Below, piece after piece: positions 17,396 through 24,948 of a DNA stretch of 64,000 nt. Each line of letters starts with the position of its first letter. Position 1 is the first letter of the stretch. Source of the DNA: Desulfurivibrio sp. (GTDB lineage: Bacteria; Desulfobacterota; Desulfobulbia; Desulfobulbales; SURF-16); NCBI GenBank assembly GCA_003605035.1, contig QZKJ01000078.1:163-64162 (forward strand), written 5' to 3'. The notes beneath the pieces are model-generated. The model saw only the letters and a program-made list of their open reading frames with translations. It was not told the origin of the DNA and did no database searches. A program made the translations under genes and the position numbers.

Positions 17396-18679
17396 TCACA
17401 GCATCTCCCGGGGATCGGTGATGCAGCCTTTCACCGCCGCGGCGGCTGCGGCAAGCGGGCTCATCAGGTGAACCATGCCGCCCTTGCCCATGCGTCCGTT
17501 GAAATTGCGGTTGGTGGTGGAGGCACAGACCTCGCCCGGGGCCAGCACCCCGTTGCTCATGCCCAGACAGGCGCCGCAGGTGGGGTTGGTCACACAGAAG
17601 CCGGCCTCCATGAAAATCCTGATCAACCCCTCGTCCAGGGCCTGGCTGTAAACCTTGGGGGTGGCCGGCGAAAGGATGGCCCGTACATGGTCGGCGATTT
17701 TCCGGCCCTTGAGTATTTCCGCGGCCACCCGCAGATCTTCAATGCGGCCGTTGGTGCAGGAACCCATGTAAACCTGGTCGATTCTGGCCCCGGCCATGTC
17801 GGTGATGTCCTTGACCTCATCGGGCTTGTAGCCGTAAGTCACCTGCGGCGCCAGTCCGGTTACGTCAAAGGTCTTTTCCGCCGCATAGCCGGCATCGGCA
17901 TCGGAATGCCATTTGCGGAAATCAGCCACCGCCGCCTCGACATCTTGATACTGATCCTGGATAAAGGGCCAGAGGTACTCGGCGGTAACCCGGTCTGGCA
18001 GACACACCCCGCAGGTGGCGCCGGCCTCGATGGCCATGTTGCACACCGTCATGCGGCTCTCCATGCTCATGCCATCCACCACCGGGCCGCGGAACTCCAT
18101 CACCTTGTCGGTGGCGCCGTTTACGGTCAGTTCCTTGATGACCCTGAGGATGACATCCTTGGCATAAACCCCTTTGCCAAGTTTTCCGGCAATGGTGATC
18201 TTCATGGTTTCCGGCAGACGGAAGGAACAGACCCCCTTGAGAATGCCGACCTCCAGATCCGTGGTGCCGACGCCCGCGGCAAAGGCACCGAAGGCCCCGT
18301 GGGTGCAGGTGTGCGAGTCGCCCATGATCACCGTGTAACCGGGGCGGATAAATCCTTTTTCCGGAAACAGGGCATGGCAGATCCCGTTGGCGCCGATATC
18401 AAAAAAATCATTGATATGATTGCGCCTGGCCCAATCCCGCAGAATCTTGGCCTGGATGGCTGTCTTGGTATCCTTGGACGGCGTGACATGGTCAATCACC
18501 ACTTTAATCTTTGCCGGATCAAATACCCTGTCCATGCCTCTCGCCTTCAGATCATTGACGGCGATCGGGGTGGTAATTTCGTGGCACATGACCACATCTA
18601 TATCAAGCACGACGTTATGAGCCGAGGGAACGTCCCGTTGGTGGGCCTCAAAAATCTTCTCCGTGATGGTTTTACCCAT
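17396..18679 (-). CDS. leuC: 3-isopropylmalate dehydratase large subunit (aconitase family, archaeal-type LeuC)
   Basis: 427 aa. Aconitase-family Fe-S cysteines (GDSHTCTHGA, GSCTNGR, CGACLG). Directly upstream of leuD. Confidence 0.93.
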   Translation of the reverse strand: MGKTITEKIFEAHQRDVPSAHNVVLDIDVVMCHEITTPIAVNDLKARGMDRVFDPAKIKVVIDHVTPSKDTKTAIQAKILRDWARRNHINDFFDIGANGICHALFPEKGFIRPGYTVIMGDSHTCTHGAFGAFAAGVGTTDLEVGILKGVCSFRLPETMKITIAGKLGKGVYAKDVILRVIKELTVNGATDKVMEFRGPVVDGMSMESRMTVCNMAIEAGATCGVCLPDRVTAEYLWPFIQDQYQDVEAAVADFRKWHSDADAGYAAEKTFDVTGLAPQVTYGYKPDEVKDITDMAGARIDQVYMGSCTNGRIEDLRVAAEILKGRKIADHVRAILSPATPKVYSQALDEGLIRIFMEAGFCVTNPTCGACLGMSNGVLAPGEVCASTTNRNFNGRMGKGGMVHLMSPLAAAAAAVKGCITDPREML

Positions 18680-18704
18680 TGTTTCTTAACCTCCAGATTT
18701 ACAG

Positions 18705-18734
18705 TAAAAAAATCCCAGCCGTGACGACCGGGAT
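18705..18734 (-). terminator. terminator-like hairpin plus U-run inside the leuC 5' leader (possible attenuator)
   Basis: The minus strand reads ATCCCGG-TCGTCACGG-CTGGGAT (7 bp including one G-U) followed by TTTTTTT, about 25 nt upstream of the leuC ATG. No upstream co-directional gene needs terminating here. Confidence 0.3.
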
Positions 18735-18842
18735 ATACAGGAGTGTAACATTAATAGATACTGCAAAGTTAATCAATTTTTTTATCGTTTGTATCCTGCC
18801 AATAATATGCTATAAAAATCAATATATTGTCATTTAATACTC

Positions 18843-18980
18843 AATGTCATTAACTTAAGACCGGGAGACGGATTTAATTTTCCTCCCACCTGAGGGGACA
18901 GCACCTGAGGGGACAGAATTTTTTTTCGCATTTGTTTTGCGAAATCATTCTGTCCCCGGCTTCATAAGTTAATGGCATTG
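18843..18980. mobile_element. MITE-like element with terminal inverted repeats and 11-bp direct flanking duplication
   Basis: Left end is AATGTCATTAACTTAAG; right end is ATAAGTTAATGGCATT. Identical ATTTAATACTC flanks both sides (18832..18842 and 18981..18991). The interior has a long hairpin, GGGGACAGAAT...ATTCTGTCCCC. Confidence 0.6.
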
Positions 18981-19023
18981 ATTTAATACTCTTTGCTCCG
19001 CATATTTAAAGCCAAATTTCCGC

Positions 19024-20712
19024 ATGCTAAAAAAGAAGCAGCAGCAGCCCTTACCCGCAAATCTGCCGCCTGAACAATCGGATTCATCCCCACAGACCAT
19101 GATTGAGCAGATTTATGCCATTTACCGAACCCAGTACGGCGGTCGGATTGCCCCGAAACTGCAACAGCTCTTTGCCGATGTGACCGCCCTGTACGCCGGT
19201 CAGTGGCCGGAGTTCGAGGCCTGCCAGGTGGGCTATCACAATCTGCAGCACGGTCTGGCGGTTGCCCTGGCCACGGCCCGCATGACTGGCGGATGGAACA
19301 AAATCCATGGGGAGCGGCCCATTTCCAGGCCTGTATTTCTCGCCGGCATCGCCGCCTCGCTGCTGCATGACGCAGGCTACCTGAAGAATAAAAATGACCG
19401 TCAGGGCAAGGGCGGCAAGTATACCTTCACCCATGTCGGCCGCAGCAGAGAACTGGCCAGCCGTTATCTTAGCACAAAGAGATGGAGCAAAAAAGACATC
19501 ATCTTCATCAGCCGGATGATCGGGGCCACGGATTTCGGCGAACCGCCCGACATGTCCGTTTTCGCAAACGATGAGCAACTGGTCATGGCCCGGATGGTGG
19601 CCTCGGCCGATCTTATTGCCCAGATGGCGGATATCAACTATATCAGGCGGCTGCATGATCTCCATGATGAGTTCCTGGAGGCATACGAAAGGGAAGGCAG
19701 GGATAATCTGCGCAAGCGGGCGGTTCATGTCTACGATTCCTTCCAGGAAATGCTCAACACCACCCCGGAATTCTATGAGAATTTCATTCTGCCCAGACTG
19801 AAACTCTTCAACCGCATGGACAACTACCTGGTCTCCTTTTTTGCCGACGGCAGAAATCCTTATTTTGAAAGCATCACCGCCAATATTTCCGGGCAGCTGC
19901 TCAGCAACCGGTTGCAATGGCAGCGGCTCGGGGACATTCTGCAGGCGCTTGGCCTGGTAGATGCCGATGTTCTCGTTGAGGCCCTGGCCAGGCAGCAGCA
20001 GGGCAAGGCGGCCAGGACCATTGCCGCGCAACCGCCCCAGGCGGAGCAGGACATCGGCGCCCAGCTGCTGGACTGGCTGCAGGCAAGGGGCACGGAACGG
20101 ACCCGCCTGGGGGATATTCTCATGGAGATGAATGCGGTGGAGCCGCGCGCCCTCCGCACCGGACTGCTTTCCCAGCTGCTTCCGCCGCAGCTGACCGGCA
20201 AGCTGACCCGCGATGAACTGCTCACCCTGCTGCAGATATCGCTGCTGGCGCAGAACCTCTATGATGATCCCTGGGTGTTTGCTCAGATCATTGAGATGGC
20301 GATCAAGCTGCTGGGTGGAGAATCAGGCTCACTCATGCTGGCCCGCCGCGAAAAAAACGAAATGATCATCGCCATTCACTGCGGCCCCGATAAGGAGCAG
20401 CTTGAAGGCAGAGCCATTCCTGTTGACAAGGGGCTGGCCGGCTGGGTATATCGTCATGCCAAGGCCGCCTTTGTCATCCGATCCTCCATGGGGGATCCGG
20501 CCTGGGAAAATTCCTTGCCCGGCGGCGAGGAGATTCGCGCCATCCTTGCCGTTCCCCTGCATATCAATGGTGAAATCATCGGCGTTGCCGAGGTGATCAA
20601 CAAAAAACAGGGCAATTTCAACGAACATGACGCCGACATTCTCACCCTGCTCGCCAATGTCATGACCTGTTCCCTGTCCCTGGTCAAAAAATTACAGCTG
20701 AGCAAAAGATGA
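19024..20712 (+). CDS. signalling protein: HD-type domain + two T2SSE_N/MshEN-like modules + C-terminal GAF domain
   Basis: 562 aa. HNLQHG...LLHDAGY (HD). RLGDILQALGLVDADVLVEALARQ (nt 19924..19995) and RLGDILMEMNAVEPRALRTGLLSQ (20104..20175). GAF-like C-terminus (GLAGWVY...ILAVPLHINGEIIGVAEVINK). Confidence 0.7.
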   Translation: MLKKKQQQPLPANLPPEQSDSSPQTMIEQIYAIYRTQYGGRIAPKLQQLFADVTALYAGQWPEFEACQVGYHNLQHGLAVALATARMTGGWNKIHGERPISRPVFLAGIAASLLHDAGYLKNKNDRQGKGGKYTFTHVGRSRELASRYLSTKRWSKKDIIFISRMIGATDFGEPPDMSVFANDEQLVMARMVASADLIAQMADINYIRRLHDLHDEFLEAYEREGRDNLRKRAVHVYDSFQEMLNTTPEFYENFILPRLKLFNRMDNYLVSFFADGRNPYFESITANISGQLLSNRLQWQRLGDILQALGLVDADVLVEALARQQQGKAARTIAAQPPQAEQDIGAQLLDWLQARGTERTRLGDILMEMNAVEPRALRTGLLSQLLPPQLTGKLTRDELLTLLQISLLAQNLYDDPWVFAQIIEMAIKLLGGESGSLMLARREKNEMIIAIHCGPDKEQLEGRAIPVDKGLAGWVYRHAKAAFVIRSSMGDPAWENSLPGGEEIRAILAVPLHINGEIIGVAEVINKKQGNFNEHDADILTLLANVMTCSLSLVKKLQLSKR

Positions 20713-22544
20713 TAAAACGTGCTGAAAGGTTTGCCAAAATGAAAAACTGCTCCCATACCCTTCTTGCCTTGGTGCTCCTCAGCTGCTGGTCCTGCCTGCT
20801 TTTCCCCGGCACGGCCATGGCCGCCCACGGGGAAAGCATTGACGGCAAATTGAAATACCCTGCCGGTTTTAACCGCTTTGCCTACACCTCCGACAAGGCG
20901 GTCAAGGGCGGGGATGTCATCCTGCACGCCCTGGGCAGCTTTGATAAAATGAATCCCTTCACCCTGAAAGGCAACCCACCCGAGGGCATTGCCGAACTGG
21001 TCTTTGAAACGCTGGCCTCCTCCAGCCTGGATGAACCCTTTGCCGAATACGGTCTGCTGGCCAGAGATATCGAGCTTGCCCCGGACCGGCTGTCCGTCAC
21101 CTTTACCCTGCATGACCAGGCGCGCTTTTCCGACGGTTCCCCGGTTACCGCCGAAGACGTCAAGTTTTCCCTGGAAACCCTGAAAAGCCAGGATGCCCAC
21201 CCTTTTTTCGCCTCCTATTACCAGGACATCAGCCGGGCCGAGATCATCAGTCCCAATCAGATCCGTTTTCATTTCGCCCGGCCCAACCGGGAAATCCATA
21301 TGATTGCCGGCCAATTGCCGGTGTTTTCCAAGGCGTTTTACCAGAAACATCCCTTTGCCTCAGCGGGCATGACTCCGCCGGTGGGCAGCGGACCTTACAC
21401 GATCAGCGATTTCAAACAGGGGAAATCCATCACCTTCAAGAGAAACCCCACCTACTGGGGCAAGGATATCGCCTGCCGCCGGGGCATGTTCAATTTCGAC
21501 ACCATCACCTTCAAGTATTTCCAGGATCAGGTCGTGGCGGTGGAGGCCTTCAAGGCCGGCGAGTTTGACTTCATGCATGTCAACATCGCCAAGCAGTGGG
21601 CCCGGGATCTGGAGGGGTCGCAATTCGACAGCGGCAGGATCAAGAAGCAGCTCTTCCCCCACAAAAACAACCAGGGCATGCAGGCCTTTGTCTTCAATAT
21701 CCGCCGGCCGCTTTTCCAGGACGTCCGCGTCCGCCGGGCCCTGGGTATGGCCTTTGACTTTGCCCGCACCAACACCACCCTCTTTTTTGATCAGTACACC
21801 CAGACGCAGAGCTATTTCAGTAACTCCGACCTGGCTGCCACCGGCCTGCCCCAGGGCCTTGAGCTGGAAATGCTGCAGCCCTTCAAGGATCAGCTGCCGC
21901 CCGAGGTGTTTACCACCCCGCCCACCCCGGTTAGAACCGGCTCTCCCCAGGCCCTGCGCAATAATCTGCGCACGGCGCTGCAACTGCTGGCCGAGGCCGG
22001 CTGGACCGTGCAGAACGGCAAACTGACCAACCAGGAGGACAAACCCTTTGCCTTTGAGATCCTGCTCTCTTCCCCTTCCTTTGAACGGGTCATGGCGGAT
22101 TTTGCCAAGAATCTGCAGACCCTGGGCATCGACGCCTCCTACCGGACCATTGATCAGGCCCTCTATGTCCAGCGCCTGCAGGACTTCGACTTTGACATGA
22201 CCGTCGAGGTCTTCGGCCAGTCCCAGTCGCCTGGCAACGAACAGCGCGACTACTGGACCTCGGCGGCGGCGGACCGCAAGGGCTCCCGCAACATCATCGG
22301 CATCAGGAACCCGGTGGTGGACCAGCTGGTGGACCGCATCATCTACGCCACCACCCAGGAGGAGCTGACCGCCGCCTGCAGGGCCCTGGACCGGGTGCTC
22401 TGGTACAATTATTACCTGATCCCCAACTGGTATCTGGCCACCTACCGCATCGCCTTCTGGGACAAATTCGCCCGGCCGGAGACCCTGCCGGTCTATTACA
22501 ACCCCTTTCAACTGCTGATGACCTGGTGGGTGAAGGGTAAATGA
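20709..22544 (+). CDS. yejA: ABC transporter substrate-binding protein, family 5 (YejA-like)
   Basis: 611 aa with a signal peptide. Its size and position ahead of yejB/E/F-like genes match YejA. ATGA overlap with the preceding gene. Confidence 0.8.
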   Translation: MIKRAERFAKMKNCSHTLLALVLLSCWSCLLFPGTAMAAHGESIDGKLKYPAGFNRFAYTSDKAVKGGDVILHALGSFDKMNPFTLKGNPPEGIAELVFETLASSSLDEPFAEYGLLARDIELAPDRLSVTFTLHDQARFSDGSPVTAEDVKFSLETLKSQDAHPFFASYYQDISRAEIISPNQIRFHFARPNREIHMIAGQLPVFSKAFYQKHPFASAGMTPPVGSGPYTISDFKQGKSITFKRNPTYWGKDIACRRGMFNFDTITFKYFQDQVVAVEAFKAGEFDFMHVNIAKQWARDLEGSQFDSGRIKKQLFPHKNNQGMQAFVFNIRRPLFQDVRVRRALGMAFDFARTNTTLFFDQYTQTQSYFSNSDLAATGLPQGLELEMLQPFKDQLPPEVFTTPPTPVRTGSPQALRNNLRTALQLLAEAGWTVQNGKLTNQEDKPFAFEILLSSPSFERVMADFAKNLQTLGIDASYRTIDQALYVQRLQDFDFDMTVEVFGQSQSPGNEQRDYWTSAAADRKGSRNIIGIRNPVVDQLVDRIIYATTQEELTAACRALDRVLWYNYYLIPNWYLATYRIAFWDKFARPETLPVYYNPFQLLMTWWVKGK

Positions 22545-22551
22545 AGTGCCT

Positions 22552-22720
22552 AAAGTTTGATGGCGTCGCAAAAAGTCGCCAACTGCTTCGTTGCTGCAAA
22601 TTATCTCGTCATTGCGGCGTACCCAAGTACGCCTCACTCCTCGAAATTTGCGCGCCTCGCATTTGACGGTTTTTGCTTAGCCATCCCCGAAAATTGCTTT
22701 TTTACGAAATCATCAAGTTT
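22552..22720. repeat. ~170-bp nested imperfect palindrome (REP/MITE-like) in the yejA-yejB spacer
   Basis: Outer arms are AAAGTTTGATGGCGTCGCAAAAAG and CTTTTTTACGAAATCATCAAGTTT (about 18/24 matches). Middle arms are GCAAATT (22596..22602) and AATTTGC (22645..22651). Central hairpin is GGCGTAC-ccaa-GTACGCC (22616..22633). Confidence 0.5.
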
Positions 22721-22780
22721 AAAATGCATAAAGTTATGGTACCTTTTGATTTGAGAAAACCCTTTTCACTCAAGGCAGTT

Positions 22781-22847
22781 GCAACTTCAGCGCACTTCAG
22801 GCACTTCAGGCACTCTAGCGCACTCTAGGCACTTCAGGCACTTACCT
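22781..22847. repeat. 9-10-bp tandem repeat (GCACTTCAG/GCACTCTAG, ~7 units) abutting the yejB start codon
   Basis: Reads GCAACTTCAG-C-GCACTTCAG-GCACTTCAG-GCACTCTAG-C-GCACTCTAG-GCACTTCAG-GCACTTACC, then the ATG at 22848. Confidence 0.85.
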
Positions 22848-23903
22848 ATGTTTTCCTACATCCTCCGCCGCCTCCTGCTGATGATCCCCACCCTGTTCGG
22901 CATCATGCTGATCACCTTCACCGTCACCCAGTTCGTGCCGGGCGGGCCGGTGGAGAAAATGATCGCCGACATGCAGCGCTCCTCCCGGGGCGGGGCCGAG
23001 GTGAGCGGCGGCGGCTCGAATATCTACCAGGGCAACAAGGGCCTTGATCCGGAACGCATCCAGGAGATCCGGGCCATGTACGGCTTTGACCGGCCGCCGG
23101 TGGAACGCTTTGTTACCATGATGGGTAACTACCTGGTCTTTGACTTCGGCAGATCCTACTACCATCATCAGTCCGTGGTGGATCTGGTCATCGCCAAACT
23201 GCCGGTCTCCATGTCCCTGGGCCTCTGGTCCTTTCTCATCGTCTATGGGGTGTGCATCCCGCTGGGCATCAAGAAGGCGGTGCGCGACGGCTCCCGCTTC
23301 GATGTCTTTTCCAGCACCATGATCCTTATCGGCTATGCCATCCCCGGTTTTGTGCTGGCCATCCTGCTCATCGTCCTTTTCGGCGGCGGCAGTTTCTGGA
23401 ATATCTTTCCCCTGCGCGGACTGGTGTCGGACAACTGGTCTCAGCTGAGCATGCTTGACAAGGTGCTCGACTACCTGTGGCACATGGTGCTGCCCATCAC
23501 CTCGAGCGCGGTGGGCAGCCTGGCCGTCATGACCCTGCTCACCAAAAACAGCTTCCTGGAGGAGATCCGCAAACAGTACGTGCTCACCGCCCGGGCCAAG
23601 GGACTCAGCGAAAACCGGGTGCTCTACCGCCATGTGTTCAGAAACGCCATTATCCCGATCATCACCGGTTTCCCAGGTTCGTTTATCACCGCCTTTTTCA
23701 CCGGCAGTCTCTTGATCGAGACCATCTTTTCCCTGGACGGCATGGGCCTGCTGGCCTATCAATCGATTTTAAACCGCGATTATCCGGTGGTGCTGGGCAC
23801 CCTCTACTTTTTCACCATTATCGGGCTGATCTCCCGGCTGCTGTCCGACCTCAGCTATGTGGCGGTTGACCCGCGCATTACCTTTGAAAGCGTGGAGCAG
23901 TAA
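22848..23903 (+). CDS. yejB: ABC transporter permease (YejB-like)
   Basis: ATG at 22848 gives MFSYILRRLLLMIPTLFGIMLITF, the typical DppB/YejB N-terminus. The track ORF begins at an upstream TTG inside the repeat array. Confidence 0.9.
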   Translation: MFSYILRRLLLMIPTLFGIMLITFTVTQFVPGGPVEKMIADMQRSSRGGAEVSGGGSNIYQGNKGLDPERIQEIRAMYGFDRPPVERFVTMMGNYLVFDFGRSYYHHQSVVDLVIAKLPVSMSLGLWSFLIVYGVCIPLGIKKAVRDGSRFDVFSSTMILIGYAIPGFVLAILLIVLFGGGSFWNIFPLRGLVSDNWSQLSMLDKVLDYLWHMVLPITSSAVGSLAVMTLLTKNSFLEEIRKQYVLTARAKGLSENRVLYRHVFRNAIIPIITGFPGSFITAFFTGSLLIETIFSLDGMGLLAYQSILNRDYPVVLGTLYFFTIIGLISRLLSDLSYVAVDPRITFESVEQ

Positions 23904-23910
23904 GGAAAAT

Positions 23911-24948
23911 ATGACGGCACCGGCACCACGCAAAAACACCATCTTCCGGCGGCGCTGGCGGAAATTCAAAAATAACCGGCGCGGCTACTGGAGCCTGGTC
24001 ATCTTTTCGGTGCTTTTTGTCCTCAGCCTGGGCGCCGAGGTGATCAGCAACGACCGGCCCTTTCTCATCATCTACAACGGTTCCTTTTATTTTCCCCTGG
24101 TCAGATCCTATGCGGAAACCACCTTTGGCGGGGATTTCCCCACCGAAGCCGACTACCGGGATCCCTATATCCTGGAAAAGATCAGCACGGGCGGCAACCA
24201 GGCCTTTTTCCCGCCAAACCCGCACAGCTACTCCTCCATCAACCCCAACCTGGACGTGCCGGTCCCCTCTCCGCCCACCCGCGACAACCTGCTCGGCACC
24301 GATGACCGGGGCCGCGACGTGCTGGCCCGGCTGATCTACGGCTTCCGCCTTTCCGTCATCTTCGGCCTGCTGCTTACCGCGGTGGGCACCCTGCTGGGCA
24401 TCGCGGCCGGGGCCATCCAGGGCTATTTCGGCGGCAGGACCGACCTCTTCTGCCAGCGTTTCATCGAGATCTGGGGCTCCATGCCCGAACTCTATCTGCT
24501 GATCATCTTCTCCTCCATCTTCAAGCCGAGTCTCTTGCTGCTGCTCATCCTGCTCTCCATGTTCGGCTGGATGGGCCTGTCCGACTACGTGCGGGCGGAA
24601 TTTCTCAAAAGCCGCAACCTCGATTACGTCACCGCGGCCCGGGCCATGGGGGTGGGCAACGTAACCATCATGATCCGCCACCTGCTGCCCAACGGCATGA
24701 CCCCGGTCATCACCTTTCTGCCCTTTCGCATGTCAGGCGCGATCCTGGCCCTGACCAGCCTCGATTTCCTCGGCCTCGGCGTGCCGCCGCCCACCCCCAG
24801 CCTCGGAGAACTGCTGGCCCAGGGCAAGGCCAATATCGATGCCTGGTGGCTGTCGCTCAGCACCTTTGTTGTCCTGGTGGGCACCCTGATCCTGCTGATC
24901 TTCATCGGCGAGGCGCTGCGGGAAACCTTTGACCCGAGGAAGGTATGA
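23911..24948 (+). CDS. yejE: ABC transporter permease (YejE-like)
   Basis: ATG at 23911 follows AAGGA. It has the long N-terminal periplasmic segment typical of YejE. BPD_transp motifs are present. Confidence 0.88.
   Translation: MTAPAPRKNTIFRRRWRKFKNNRRGYWSLVIFSVLFVLSLGAEVISNDRPFLIIYNGSFYFPLVRSYAETTFGGDFPTEADYRDPYILEKISTGGNQAFFPPNPHSYSSINPNLDVPVPSPPTRDNLLGTDDRGRDVLARLIYGFRLSVIFGLLLTAVGTLLGIAAGAIQGYFGGRTDLFCQRFIEIWGSMPELYLLIIFSSIFKPSLLLLLILLSMFGWMGLSDYVRAEFLKSRNLDYVTAARAMGVGNVTIMIRHLLPNGMTPVITFLPFRMSGAILALTSLDFLGLGVPPPTPSLGELLAQGKANIDAWWLSLSTFVVLVGTLILLIFIGEALRETFDPRKV

Noticed and set aside
16773-17399. Extended 208-aa LeuD starting at GTG 17399
   Set aside because: The annotated start was moved to ATG 17288, which has a GAGG SD and matches normal LeuD N-termini. 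The extension is purely translated 9-bp repeat. It is kept as a finding because the GTGA coupling makes translation conceivable.
17468-18724. 418-aa plus-strand ORF covering leuC
   Set aside because: It is the antisense shadow of an unmistakable aconitase-family LeuC. The product is G/H/A/D-rich with no motifs.
18735-18830. Leucine-rich leader peptide for leu operon attenuation
   Set aside because: The only short ORF overlapping the hairpin has 2 Leu in 21 codons and no Leu run, so a classical leader-peptide mechanism is not supported.
22557-22754. 65-aa ORF in the yejA-yejB spacer, and 33849..34160 (103 aa) after gdhA
   Set aside because: Both are translations of the nested palindromic repeat elements and are not supported by an SD or motifs.
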